A DNA stretch of 32,000 bases from Pseudidiomarina andamanensis (GTDB lineage: Bacteria; Pseudomonadota; Gammaproteobacteria; Enterobacterales; Alteromonadaceae): NCBI RefSeq assembly GCF_009734345.1, contig NZ_CP032551.1, positions 870,001 to 902,000 on the forward strand. The letters run 5' to 3'. The notes under the pieces were generated by a model, which saw only the letters and a program-made list of their open reading frames with translations, had not been told where the DNA came from and did not search any database. A program made the translations under genes and the position numbers. The stretch's first letter is position 1, and every line of letters begins with the position of its first letter. Shown here piece by piece: positions 1 through 9,650 of the stretch.

Positions 1-471
1 ACTAAAATACAAAGCATACCCATTCACATCGGTAACAACTTTTACCGCATGCGGACTTTGTACTTCTTCTAGCGAAGAAATCGGTACCGCCAAGGTCGCC
101 ATTTGTGCAAGTTTTTGATTCGCTAGATTATCTGCTACTTGGCGAATGATCTCAGGCGGAATAAACGGCTCATCCCCCTGCACGTTGACCACCACTTGAT
201 CATCAGCAATGGCTAAATAATCAATGACTTCAGCAATTCGTTCAGTACCTGAATTGTGGTGCGGCGAGGTCATCATAGCTCGTCCACCAAACGCTTCAAC
301 GGCGTCAATGATGCGCTGATCATCGGTGGCGACAATAACTTCAGCAGCACCAGCGGCGGCGGCACGTTCGTAAACACGCTGAATCATGGTTTTATTGCCA
401 ATCATCGCCAGTGGTTTACCCGGCAAGCGAGACGATGCGTAACGTGCGGGAATTATGACGGTAAAGCTCAT
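1..471 (-). CDS. kdsB: 3-deoxy-manno-octulosonate cytidylyltransferase (CMP-KDO synthetase); the C-terminal part lies beyond the left window edge
   Basis: Absent from the ORF track because it runs off the edge. My translation of the minus strand from the ATG at 471-469 gives [82 protein letters not shown]...[15 protein letters not shown]. This is a typical KdsB N-terminus (IPAR..S.R.PGKPL, QGDEP). The ATG overlaps the ycaR TGA (ATGA at 468-471), and the lpxK-ycaR-kdsB order is conserved. Confidence 0.9.
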   Translation of the reverse strand, partial: MSFTVIIPARYASSRLPGKPLAMIGNKTMIQRVYERAAAAGAAEVIVATDDQRIIDAVEAFGGRAMMTSPHHNSGTERIAEVIDYLAIADDQVVVNVQGDEPFIPPEIIRQVADNLANQKLAQMATLAVPISSLEEVQSPHAVKVVTDVNGYALYFS

Positions 472-665
472 GACGATAGTTGCTCCAACTCTGCGCTGCT
501 AAGCTCACGGGCTTCGTGGCTTAATAGCATCGGAATATCATTGCGAACCGGATACGCGAGCCGCTCACCGCGACACACTAATTCACTTTTATCAGCAACC
601 CAAACTAACTTTCCTTTGCATAAAGGACACGCCAAAATAGCTAAAGTCTTCTCATCAACCGCCAT
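468..665 (-). CDS. ycaR: Trm112/YcaR family small protein (UPF0434)
   Basis: This is track ORF 468..716 trimmed to the internal ATG at 665. The product [20 protein letters not shown]...[11 protein letters not shown] has the CPxC knuckle and the IP-hydrophobic motif typical of YcaR. The start lies 2 nt after the lpxK TAA (670-668). Confidence 0.85.
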   Translation of the reverse strand: MAVDEKTLAILACPLCKGKLVWVADKSELVCRGERLAYPVRNDIPMLLSHEARELSSAELEQLSS

Positions 666-667
666 AA

Positions 668-1654
668 TTACTCCTTGCATGCTATACCGTGCAGACGCTG
701 CTGTAACTGTTGCCAAAATTCATCACTAAATTCTGCCGAAACCGGCAAATAAAACCAATTCTCTTGCGCAAATGTACGACATTTTGCCGCATCTTTTTCT
801 GTCATCAGTACATTCATTGACGACTCAATGTTCTCAAAATCACCCGCATGAAACGGATGATGATCAGCAAATTCAATGCAACGTTTGAGTGTTAGCTGCT
901 GTTGTTTAAGCGTATCAAAAAATCGTTGCGGATGACCTATACCTGCAATCGCAACACTATCACCGAGAGGTTGATCAACTTCAACGTTATCAATAACTCG
1001 CTTCCAGCGTTGCGGTTTAAGGGTAAATGACCAGCCATAGTTTTGCTCAGACAGGCCATTTTGCACCACCAAATCAACCTGTTGTAATCGCACTGCAGGT
1101 TCTCGTAATGGCCCAAGCGGCAAGCGCCAGCCGTTACCTAATCCGCGCATGCCATCAACGACAGCAATTTCGATATCGCGCGCCAACCGATAATGCTGTA
1201 ACCCATCATCACTGAGTATGATATCTGTTGCTGGAAACGTCTGAAGAATTAATTCGATAGCGTGTTGACGATTGGGGCTTACCGCTAGTGGCACGCCAGT
1301 TCGTTGAGCCAGTAACTTTGGTTCATCGCCGACGCTCTGTGCTGTTGCTGACGCAGTGACAATTTGTGGGAATGGGCCTTGCGCACCATAGCCGCGCGAG
1401 ATAATTGCCGGCGAGTAGCCCTGTTGTTTAAGCCACTGCACCAGCGCTTCAGTTACCGGTGTTTTCCCGGTGCCACCGACACTAATATTGCCAACCACTA
1501 TAACTGGCACCGGCGCTCTATAGCTGGCTAAAATACTAGCTCGATACGCCCAGCGCCGTACCGTACTCATAGCCACGAACAGCGCATGCAGCGGTAATAA
1601 AAGAACTAACAACGGATGAAGGCCAGAACGATACCAAGCCCGCTGCCAAAACAT
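668..1654 (-). CDS. lpxK: tetraacyldisaccharide 4'-kinase
   Basis: 328 aa with an N-terminal membrane helix, the P-loop VGNISVGGTGKTP, and the conserved ILSDDGLQH motif. It lies 2 nt downstream of msbA, as in E. coli. Confidence 0.95.
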   Translation of the reverse strand: MFWQRAWYRSGLHPLLVLLLPLHALFVAMSTVRRWAYRASILASYRAPVPVIVVGNISVGGTGKTPVTEALVQWLKQQGYSPAIISRGYGAQGPFPQIVTASATAQSVGDEPKLLAQRTGVPLAVSPNRQHAIELILQTFPATDIILSDDGLQHYRLARDIEIAVVDGMRGLGNGWRLPLGPLREPAVRLQQVDLVVQNGLSEQNYGWSFTLKPQRWKRVIDNVEVDQPLGDSVAIAGIGHPQRFFDTLKQQQLTLKRCIEFADHHPFHAGDFENIESSMNVLMTEKDAAKCRTFAQENWFYLPVSAEFSDEFWQQLQQRLHGIACKE

Positions 1655-1656
1655 GA

Positions 1657-3429
1657 TTACTCGCCCCCGCTAAACTGCAGACTATAAAGCTGGTAATAAG
1701 CACCTTGTTTGTCGAGTAATGTCTGATGATCACCACGTTCGAGCACTTTGCCCTCTTCCATCACCAATATTTCATCAGCGTTTTCAATGGTTGAGAGCCG
1801 GTGTGCAATGACAATCGAGGTTCGATTTTGCTGTAGCCGACTCAAGGCTTTTTGAATGTGACGTTCAGACTCTGTATCAAGTGCAGATGTCGCCTCATCC
1901 AGAATCAAAATTGGCGCATCGCGCAATAACGCACGAGCAATCGCAATACGTTGACGTTGCCCACCAGACAACATCACGCCATTTTCGCCAACCATGGTGT
2001 TTAACCCAAGTGGCAAGTTGTCGGTGAACTCGGTAATAAAGGCTTGTTCCGCTACTTCGCGGATACGCTCTGCCGATACTTCACCGCGCGCGCCATAGGC
2101 GATATTGTTGGCAATTGTATCGTTAAATAGGGTCACATGTTGCGATACCAAAGCAAACTGACGGCGCAAACATTTCAGTTTGTAATCGTAAATATCCACG
2201 TCATCGAGATAAATCTTTCCACTTTGTGGTGCATAAAAGCGGGTAAGTAAGTTCGAAATTGTTGATTTACCACTACCCGAACGACCAACCAAGGCCAATG
2301 TTTTGCCTGGTTTCACATCAAAACTGACTTTGTCTAACGCCGGCGACTCTGCCTCGTCATAAGTGAAAGTCACATCTTCAAACCGTATATGCCCGTGTGC
2401 ACGTTCAACAAGGTAGGTTCCTTTGTTTGGCTCCGCCTTTTCGTCTAACACCTCAAAGATGCTTTGTGCTGCGGCAATTCCACGCTGGAAGTCACTGTTC
2501 ACCGTCGTGAGCTGCTTGAGCGGGCGAAGCAACATAATCATCGACGTGAGTAATGTCGTAAACGCACCCGCTGATAACTGTTCTAGCATTTCCGGGTAGC
2601 TTGCAAGTACTAACACCATCGACAAACTAAACGACGCAATCAACTGAATAACCGAGGTGCTCACGGTTTGTGCGTTAATAAGCTTCATATTCTGGTTGCG
2701 GGTGACATTGTTGATGTCTTGAAAGCGCTTGGATTCGCGCTTTTGACCTTCATACATCACCACAACTTTATGGCCATTAAGCATTTGCTCAGCCGTTGTT
2801 GTGACGTTACCCATGGCCGTTTGAATACGGCGCGATACTTGACGGAAACGTTTTGAAACCACGGAGACCACTTTGGCAATTAATGGGCCGACAACCAAAA
2901 ATACCAATGACAATTGCCAACTGATGTAGAACATCAAACCCAACAAACCAACGACAAACGCACCTTCGCGAATCAATACTAAAATAGCGCGTGAACTGGC
3001 CTCCGCCACCTGCTGTGTGGTATAGGTGATTTTTGATAATAAGTCACCGGTTGAATGGCGATCATGAAATGACACCGGTAACTTCATCATGTGATCAAAT
3101 AATTGCTGACGCAGCGTGGTGATCACTCGAAAACCAACCCAGTTCAATAAGTAGGTAGAAATAAAATTGAAGGTACCGCGAGCGATGAACACTAAAGGCA
3201 CAAAAATAGCGCCATAAATGAGGATGGTAGAATCTTGTTCGGTTAACCCTTCATCGATAAGTGTTTCGATTTGAGAAAAGAAAAATGTATCGACGGCTGC
3301 ATAGCCAATCATCGCAATAACCGAAAAAATAAATGCCGTACGATACGGCTTTATGTAGCTTAGTAAGCGACGAAAAGTCCGCTTCTTTTGGGCTTCGGTC
3401 ATATTTTCCAGTATATTTTCAGCGCTCAT
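1657..3429 (-). CDS. msbA: lipid A export ABC transporter permease/ATPase
   Basis: 590 aa: a six-helix transmembrane domain plus an ABC nucleotide-binding domain (Walker A GRSGSGKST, signature LSGGQRQR, Walker B ILILDEATSALD). The msbA-lpxK pairing is present. Confidence 0.95.
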   Translation of the reverse strand: MSAENILENMTEAQKKRTFRRLLSYIKPYRTAFIFSVIAMIGYAAVDTFFFSQIETLIDEGLTEQDSTILIYGAIFVPLVFIARGTFNFISTYLLNWVGFRVITTLRQQLFDHMMKLPVSFHDRHSTGDLLSKITYTTQQVAEASSRAILVLIREGAFVVGLLGLMFYISWQLSLVFLVVGPLIAKVVSVVSKRFRQVSRRIQTAMGNVTTTAEQMLNGHKVVVMYEGQKRESKRFQDINNVTRNQNMKLINAQTVSTSVIQLIASFSLSMVLVLASYPEMLEQLSAGAFTTLLTSMIMLLRPLKQLTTVNSDFQRGIAAAQSIFEVLDEKAEPNKGTYLVERAHGHIRFEDVTFTYDEAESPALDKVSFDVKPGKTLALVGRSGSGKSTISNLLTRFYAPQSGKIYLDDVDIYDYKLKCLRRQFALVSQHVTLFNDTIANNIAYGARGEVSAERIREVAEQAFITEFTDNLPLGLNTMVGENGVMLSGGQRQRIAIARALLRDAPILILDEATSALDTESERHIQKALSRLQQNRTSIVIAHRLSTIENADEILVMEEGKVLERGDHQTLLDKQGAYYQLYSLQFSGGE

Positions 3430-3486
3430 GCAATTCTTATAAAGTTCAACAATATCTGCATTCTAACCGCTTTCACCAGTGGCTGG

Positions 3487-5763
3487 CTAGTTATCCGCAT
3501 CAAACCATGCTCTATTCTTACCAGCCCAAGGCTGATGTACTTGCCATTTATTCTGCGCAAAGGTCACGGTAATTTGGCCTCCGCGGGCGGTATCTAGTAA
3601 GGGTATGCTTAATTCTTCAAGCCGCTGTTTCACTTGTTCGGCTACCATGCCGTACGCATTGTTCCGCCCCCGGCTTGCGATTGCGACTTGTGGCGCAACA
3701 GACTGTAAGAAATAGCTCTCGCTTGAACTATTGCTGCCATGATGAGGTAATACCAACAGGTCTGCTTGAATGGGTGCAATATGAGCCAGTAAGGCTCGCT
3801 CAGCGCGTTTTGTTATATCACCGGGTAATAGAATCGACGTGCCACCAATCATTAATTTCAATACACACGAGTCGTCATTGTAACGATTATTGGTTACTTC
3901 TCGTGGATGCAATATCGCCCATGTAACTTGACGCCACTGCCCTGTTTGACCAGCAACGCAGGGTAAGCCATGACCACTACCGTACCATCGCATAGCCGGA
4001 AATTGCTCCGAGATAGTCGTAACACCGCCCTCATGATCATTGTCAGTGTGACTCACGAAGCCATAGATAGGTGTAAGTTGATGATGTCGTAAAAATGGCA
4101 ATATCACCCTTTCCGCCATATTCCCCCCAAGCTCCCAATTCGCCCCGGTATCAACAATCACGGCTTCATCAGCCTGCGCAATGACGATAGCGCTGCCCTG
4201 ATCAACATCAAGAATATGAAGCCGCACCAAAGTGTTTTGTTGTTGCAACTGATGCGAAATGATCAGTCCAAAGCCAAAAATGGCCGTGCAGCTTAACTTC
4301 CAGTACCAGCGCCACGGCCAAACCCACGTGATCAACACCACCACCAAACCGATGATTGGGCCGGTCAGGTGTGCGGGTACCCACTGCCACGTCAACTTAG
4401 ACAGATAATTCAATAGTGGTTCTGCATAGTTGAGTGGTACCTCAGCAATACGTAATAGTCCAAGCGATATCCCATCGCTACCCAACAACAGCATGAGCAA
4501 ACCGAGCAAACTGAGTGGCAACACCCAAAACGTAACTAGCGGCACAACAACAAGATTCGTAAGCGGAGCCAGTAGTGGTAAACCATCAAACCACATTGCG
4601 GTTAGCGGCCACATGGCAAACGTTAATGTCAGTTCAAGTCGCCACAAAGCTCGGATACTTTGCCAACGCCCGCTAATAATCGGCCAGCGCCAATTCATTA
4701 AGAGAATCGTTGCTACCGCAGCTACCGATAACCAAAATCCACTTTGCAAAGGTGCCAGGGGATGCACCACGATGACCACAGCGACAGCTCTTAAAAGCAC
4801 CCGACTTGGCGGTGTATGCAGAGCAAAATACTTGTGGATGATAACCACCGAAAACATAACAAATGCGCGCACCGTTGCGGTCGCAAAACCTGCTAAACCG
4901 GCGTAAAAAAATGTAACCACAAGGGCAACACAGGTTGCAATAAACCAACTATTATTTGTTTCTCGGCGCCTACGACTGCGCGCTTGATAACGTAAAAGAG
5001 TACGAAAAAGCCACAACACACCGCCAGCTACGAGGGTTAAGTGCAGCCCTGATATTGCAATTAAATGGGCAAGCCCAGTGCGTTGATAGGTTTGCCACTG
5101 TTCATCAGACAGCGCTTGCCGTTCGCCCAAAGTTAACGCTTGTAAAATACCAAACTGCTGCAGTTCCGGCTGAAAGTAGTTAAGTTGATTGAATAGTTGC
5201 TGTCGAAAGTTTGGTTCACCAGCAACGAAGGTACCAGAGCGTATACTCCCTAGAGCATGAATTTGTTGACCGACAAGATAGCGATGATAAAGAAACCCAC
5301 CGTCATTACGAACCCCTTGCGGGGCTTTGAGTCGTGCTCGAAATTGCCAAGTTGTGCCAGCTTGTGGAGGAATAACCAGCGCCGGTGGCTCATACCAACT
5401 TAAGCGCGCAGTAGCCGATCTCGATAACAACTGGTTTTCTATACTTTGAATTTCTCCTTGAATACGCCAAAAGTCTGGACGAACTTGAGTTATTTCCGTC
5501 ACCGTCATCTGCAAAGACACTGGTTTATTCAGATTCTCATCAAAGATCAGCGTATTTTGATGCAAATAAGCGTTGCCACTACCCCACGCTATGCCGCACA
5601 ATACACAGCCGAGAATAATGGCGTACGGTCGCAGCAAAGCATAACGCCATGACACGACAGCGACTAAAGTAGCAAGTATGACCCATTGCTGGATGCTCAT
5701 CGGCTTGCTAAAAGTAAAGGTTAGCGCATAACCGGCAAGCGCCGCGCACAACCACCTATCCAT
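3487..5763 (-). CDS. comEC: DNA internalization-related competence protein ComEC/Rec2
   Basis: 758 aa polytopic membrane protein with a C-terminal metallo-beta-lactamase-type domain (VSHTDNDHEGG, LPHHGS). Its position upstream of msbA matches E. coli ycaI. Confidence 0.85.
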   Translation of the reverse strand: MDRWLCAALAGYALTFTFSKPMSIQQWVILATLVAVVSWRYALLRPYAIILGCVLCGIAWGSGNAYLHQNTLIFDENLNKPVSLQMTVTEITQVRPDFWRIQGEIQSIENQLLSRSATARLSWYEPPALVIPPQAGTTWQFRARLKAPQGVRNDGGFLYHRYLVGQQIHALGSIRSGTFVAGEPNFRQQLFNQLNYFQPELQQFGILQALTLGERQALSDEQWQTYQRTGLAHLIAISGLHLTLVAGGVLWLFRTLLRYQARSRRRRETNNSWFIATCVALVVTFFYAGLAGFATATVRAFVMFSVVIIHKYFALHTPPSRVLLRAVAVVIVVHPLAPLQSGFWLSVAAVATILLMNWRWPIISGRWQSIRALWRLELTLTFAMWPLTAMWFDGLPLLAPLTNLVVVPLVTFWVLPLSLLGLLMLLLGSDGISLGLLRIAEVPLNYAEPLLNYLSKLTWQWVPAHLTGPIIGLVVVLITWVWPWRWYWKLSCTAIFGFGLIISHQLQQQNTLVRLHILDVDQGSAIVIAQADEAVIVDTGANWELGGNMAERVILPFLRHHQLTPIYGFVSHTDNDHEGGVTTISEQFPAMRWYGSGHGLPCVAGQTGQWRQVTWAILHPREVTNNRYNDDSCVLKLMIGGTSILLPGDITKRAERALLAHIAPIQADLLVLPHHGSNSSSESYFLQSVAPQVAIASRGRNNAYGMVAEQVKQRLEELSIPLLDTARGGQITVTFAQNKWQVHQPWAGKNRAWFDADN

Positions 5764-5818
5764 GGACGTTGTACCTGTTTATTAAAATAACTTCGGTAAG
5801 AGTGAAGACGGACTAGAC

Positions 5819-6370
5819 ATGCCACGCAAGTTTATTCAACGCATCATGCCCAAGCATGAAACTGTGAGAAACAGCAAAAGCCTAAAAGTCTTCGGCAAGT
5901 TATTGCACGATGCTAACCTGTGGCACCTTAATCGTCGTTCTGCTGCTGGTGGTTTCGCCGTTGGACTATTTTTTGCGTTTATTCCGGTGCCATTTCAGAT
6001 GGTTCTTGCAGCTGCAGCAGCCATCCCATTTCGCGTTAATTTGCCGCTTTCGGTCGCCTTAGTTTGGGTTTCAAACCCAATCACCATGCCCGTGTTATTT
6101 TATTTTTGTTATCTGCTGGGTAACTGGATTCTCGGGCAACCACCGCAAACCTTTAGCTTTGAATTATCTTGGCACTGGTTAGCGCAAAGTATTGCGACTA
6201 TTGGCCCCGCGTTCCTGCTGGGCTGTCTGATTATGGCAGTAATTAGTAGTATCGCCGGGTATTTCACTATTAGCCTGTTGTGGCGCCAATCAGTCGTCAG
6301 TGCATGGCGCGAACGTGCACAGCGCATGCTCGAAAAAGCGAAACATCGTAAACACGAATCTAATGACTAA
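5819..6370 (+). CDS. DUF2062-family inner-membrane protein
   Basis: 183 aa. The N-terminus (PRKFIQRIMPKHE...LWHLNRRSAAGGFAVGLFFAFIPVPFQM) and three hydrophobic segments fit my memory of the DUF2062 family. Its function is unknown. Confidence 0.65.
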   Translation: MPRKFIQRIMPKHETVRNSKSLKVFGKLLHDANLWHLNRRSAAGGFAVGLFFAFIPVPFQMVLAAAAAIPFRVNLPLSVALVWVSNPITMPVLFYFCYLLGNWILGQPPQTFSFELSWHWLAQSIATIGPAFLLGCLIMAVISSIAGYFTISLLWRQSVVSAWRERAQRMLEKAKHRKHESND

Positions 6371-7589
6371 TCGCTTGAACAATTTCAAGCTGTGCCGCCC
6401 GCCAAGCTGGATATAACGTCGCAAAGATACTCATAGTGAGCGCCACAAGCGCCACCAGAACCACATCGAGCGACTGTAAATAAACCGGTATTTGATTGAT
6501 AAAGTAGACATCGCTCGCTAGCAATGACTCGCCACTCAGCCACTGAATCCAACTCATTAAGTCAGGTAATATCAGCGTTAACAATACCCCAGCAATCGTA
6601 CCCAGCACGGTACCAATCAGGCCATTTTGTAGACCTTGCCAAACAAACACTTGCATAACCTGTTTACCGCGCAAGCCCATGGTACGGAGTATTCCGATAT
6701 GGCGCTGTTTTTCTTGAACCGTCATGATGAGCGTTGAAATAATATTGAAACACGCAACCGCCAACACCAGTATGAGTACAAGGTACATCACCATACGCAC
6801 CAGCTGTATATCGCGATACAAGTGACCTTGTGACCGCATCCAATGATCAAGATACACATAATCCTTTATGTCATAACCTATTTCATTGGCGACTTGCTGT
6901 GCCTGCATAACATTGGTGAGCACTAACTCAACCGCTGTTGCGCCATTTTGAATTCCAACCATTTCACGCGCGGTTTGTAGAGATACATAGGCGAATTGGT
7001 GGTCGACTTGACCACCAAATGCGAAGGTTCCCTGCACATTCAATCGAATACGTTTCGGTTCACGAAAGTTCGCGTTTTGTGCCACCAACAACATCACCGT
7101 GTCACCAGTTGTCACCTTAAGCTTTTCGGCAAGCTTATCGCCGAGCACCACAGCGTTGGGCTCGGTGACCAGTGCTTGCCATGTTTCTGGCGACATATAT
7201 TCTTGAATGGCTTGTACCTGCGTTGTGTCAATGCCTTGAATTTGCACACCGGTAAATTGAGCGCCCTGTTGCACCATACCTTGTGTGCGAATCACGGGTT
7301 TTGCACTTACCACGCTGGGATGTTTAAGACTGGCCGCCATTATTTGTTGAGGGTCGGCTAATTGCTGATTCACCGCAGTAAACTCGACATGTGGAATCAA
7401 ACTTAGAAAGCGTTCTTGTAGAACCTTCTCAAAGCCGTTCATGACGCTTAAACCAGCAATAAAAACCATGCAGCCCAGCGCAATACCAAGCGTTGATGAC
7501 GCCGAAATGAACGATACGAAACCACTTCGCTCGCGGCGGTTGCGAAACCGACGAGCTAAATGCCAAGTCAGGCGCAAGCGCTCAATCAT
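6360..7589 (-). CDS. lolE: lipoprotein-releasing ABC transporter permease LolE
   Basis: 409 aa MacB/FtsX-type permease ([27 protein letters not shown]). It is the third gene of the lolC-lolD-lolE order. Its ATG overlaps the lolD TGA (ATGA at 7586-7589). Confidence 0.85.
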   Translation of the reverse strand: MIERLRLTWHLARRFRNRRERSGFVSFISASSTLGIALGCMVFIAGLSVMNGFEKVLQERFLSLIPHVEFTAVNQQLADPQQIMAASLKHPSVVSAKPVIRTQGMVQQGAQFTGVQIQGIDTTQVQAIQEYMSPETWQALVTEPNAVVLGDKLAEKLKVTTGDTVMLLVAQNANFREPKRIRLNVQGTFAFGGQVDHQFAYVSLQTAREMVGIQNGATAVELVLTNVMQAQQVANEIGYDIKDYVYLDHWMRSQGHLYRDIQLVRMVMYLVLILVLAVACFNIISTLIMTVQEKQRHIGILRTMGLRGKQVMQVFVWQGLQNGLIGTVLGTIAGVLLTLILPDLMSWIQWLSGESLLASDVYFINQIPVYLQSLDVVLVALVALTMSIFATLYPAWRAAQLEIVQAISH

Positions 7590-8269
7590 GCAAACAGCTC
7601 CGCTTTATTTAACTGTCCGTGATGAAGCGTTAAAGTTCGCGGAAGTTTCGCCGCCAGCGAATTGTCATGCGTCACAATCACAAATGCAGTATCAAACTCT
7701 TTGTTAAGTTCTAACAACAACTCAAATACTTGTTCAGCGGTACTGTCATCTAAATTTCCAGTCGGTTCATCGGCAAGAACTAAACGTGGTGAGTTAGCTA
7801 ACGCACGTGCAATAGCGACACGCTGCCGCTCACCACCAGAGAGTTCAGCTGGGCGGTGCTGTAATCGTTCTGCAAGCCCCACACGTTGCAATAACTGCTC
7901 GGCACGTAACTTCGCTTCGCGCGTTGAGACACCGGCAATTAACTGTGGCATCGCGACGTTTTCAAGTGCGGTGAACTCTGGCAACAAATGATGAAATTGA
8001 TAGATGAATCCGATTTCTTTGTTACGCCAGTCAGCAAGTTGATTTGATGACCAGTCTTGAATGGCGTACCCAGCAAATAGCACTTCACCTGACGTTGGCT
8101 TATCTAACCCCCCCATGCAATGCAGCAGTGTACTCTTGCCAGAACCGGAACTCCCAACAATCGCGAGCATTTCACCGGCATTCACGGATAAATTAACATC
8201 GTTTAATACCTGTAATTGGCGGTCGCCATCTTGGTAAACTCGGGATAATTGGCGGCATTCCATCAACAT
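7586..8269 (-). CDS. lolD: lipoprotein-releasing ABC transporter ATPase LolD
   Basis: 227 aa with Walker [10 protein letters not shown], signature LSGGERQR and Walker [13 protein letters not shown]. It is flanked by the two Lol permease genes. Confidence 0.9.
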   Translation of the reverse strand: MLMECRQLSRVYQDGDRQLQVLNDVNLSVNAGEMLAIVGSSGSGKSTLLHCMGGLDKPTSGEVLFAGYAIQDWSSNQLADWRNKEIGFIYQFHHLLPEFTALENVAMPQLIAGVSTREAKLRAEQLLQRVGLAERLQHRPAELSGGERQRVAIARALANSPRLVLADEPTGNLDDSTAEQVFELLLELNKEFDTAFVIVTHDNSLAAKLPRTLTLHHGQLNKAELFA

Positions 8270-8290
8270 GCTATGCAGTCCTTCTGATTT

Positions 8291-9532
8291 TTATTCATAT
8301 CGCAGTGCCTGTGCTGGCAGTATTTGGCTAGCACGCCAAGCGGGATATAGCGTCGCGAGAAGAGTTAGCGCTATCGCCGCCAGCACTATAAAGGTAATCT
8401 GTCCAGATTCCATTAATACTGGTAACCCTGCTTGCCCAGTAAAGCTCAAATCAACTTGCAACACCGTTAGTATTTCGTTGAGATTCGCAGCAACACCAAT
8501 GCCTATTAATAAACCGACCACACTGCCAATAATACCGCTGGTAGCTCCTTGCACCATAAACATGGCATATAAATGTGTGCGGCGTAATCCCATGGTTTGC
8601 AGTATGGCAATATCAGATCGCTTATCTTGAATCACCATCATCAATGCTGAAACCACATTAAACGCGGCAACCGCAATAATCAGGCTCAACATCAATCCAA
8701 CCATGCGCTTTTCCATACTGACCGCATCAAATAGCTCACCATACTGCTCACGCCATGTTTGCGTGGTCACACTATCACCGAGAGTTGCTTGCACATCTCG
8801 TTCGGCAATTAACGCCGCAAATGGGTCAGTAAAGTAGAAGCGTAACGCAGAAACATGATTAGGGGGTAGCCTCAATAAACGTGCGGCATCGGCGCCATGC
8901 ATAACCAGCAAATGACTATCAGCTTCCGATTGCATCGCAACAATCGCTGCGACTTTGAATTGACGCTGAGCTGGCATTAATCCGAGTGGCGTATACACAC
9001 CACCTGCAGCGGCGATGACCCGAATGGTATCCCCCGGCCAAACATCGAGCTGTTGCGCCAAAGCTTGACCTAAGATGACCTGGTAACTGCCTTCAGTCAG
9101 CGCTGACAAGTTCCCGTACAACAAATGCTGACGCAGCGGTTGCCATTGCACATCGGCATCAGCAACATCAGGAAATAACCCCTGCAGAACAACCGGCCGC
9201 AGTTCGCCACTGCTTTGTACAACGCCCGCACTGCTGACTTGCGGCACCACACCAATTTGTTCAGTTAACGGCGGAATACGCTTTGCCAATTGCTGCCAGT
9301 TACTCACCTGCTGACTTTCAGCTTCAGTCACCGTCAATTGCGGCACCACGCCAAGAATACGTTGTTTCAGCTGTTGCTCGAAGCCGTTCATCACCGAGCT
9401 AACAATAATAAGCGCTGCCACGCCAATTAAGATTCCAGCCAAGGCAAACCGATTGATAAACCGCGTAAAGCGATTGCCATGGCGCGCTCGGCTGTATCGT
9501 AATCCTAAGAAAAATGCTGCAGGCTTAAACAT
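8291..9532 (-). CDS. lolC: lipoprotein-releasing ABC transporter permease LolC
   Basis: Track ORF 8291..9589 trimmed to the ATG at 9532, giving MFKPAAFFLGLRYSRARHGNRFTRFI, which matches the Lol permease N-terminus. An AGGA Shine-Dalgarno lies just upstream. It is the first gene of the lolCDE order. Confidence 0.85.
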   Translation of the reverse strand: MFKPAAFFLGLRYSRARHGNRFTRFINRFALAGILIGVAALIIVSSVMNGFEQQLKQRILGVVPQLTVTEAESQQVSNWQQLAKRIPPLTEQIGVVPQVSSAGVVQSSGELRPVVLQGLFPDVADADVQWQPLRQHLLYGNLSALTEGSYQVILGQALAQQLDVWPGDTIRVIAAAGGVYTPLGLMPAQRQFKVAAIVAMQSEADSHLLVMHGADAARLLRLPPNHVSALRFYFTDPFAALIAERDVQATLGDSVTTQTWREQYGELFDAVSMEKRMVGLMLSLIIAVAAFNVVSALMMVIQDKRSDIAILQTMGLRRTHLYAMFMVQGATSGIIGSVVGLLIGIGVAANLNEILTVLQVDLSFTGQAGLPVLMESGQITFIVLAAIALTLLATLYPAWRASQILPAQALRYE

Positions 9533-9580
9533 GTTGATTCCTAAATAACTTTGCGGAGCAAGCATAAAGAAAACTGAGCA

Positions 9581-9609
9581 CTGATCCAAGCGCCAAGTTA
9601 CGGTATACT
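9581..9609 (+). promoter_or_regulatory. candidate sigma70 promoter for mfd (CTGATC-N17-TATACT)
   Basis: The -10 TATACT (9604-9609) matches 5 of 6 consensus positions. The weak -35 CTGATC (9581-9586) sits at 17-nt spacing. The site is in the 118-nt divergent lolC/mfd intergenic region. This is pattern evidence only. Confidence 0.3.
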
Positions 9610-9650
9610 CCTTAGCAATTTGTTTTTAGCAGTAGAGAAACTCATAACTC

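Noticed and set aside
666-716. An N-terminal 17-aa extension of the ycaR ORF (MATVTAASARYSMQGVI) overlapping lpxK by 49 nt.
   Set aside because: The conserved YcaR/Trm112 sequence begins at the internal ATG (665), 2 nt after the lpxK stop. The extension has no counterpart in the family as I know it.
256-729. A 157-aa plus-strand ORF across the kdsB/ycaR region. The track also lists many other long antisense ORFs, for example 4430..4906, 6996..7361, 7662..7991, 8268..8630, 13541..13939, 22202..22492, 28315..28638, 30346..30669 and 31420..31710.
   Set aside because: Each lies entirely opposite a confidently identified, family-recognisable gene. Their compositions are low-complexity or Ser/Arg/Cys-rich, and they have no recognisable motifs or Shine-Dalgarno sequences. 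These are typical shadow ORFs.
9533-9589. A 19-aa N-terminal extension of lolC (MDQCSVFFMLAPQSYLGIN).
   Set aside because: Lol permeases start with a short basic segment (MFKPAAFFLGLRYSRARH). The ATG at 9532 has an AGGA Shine-Dalgarno.
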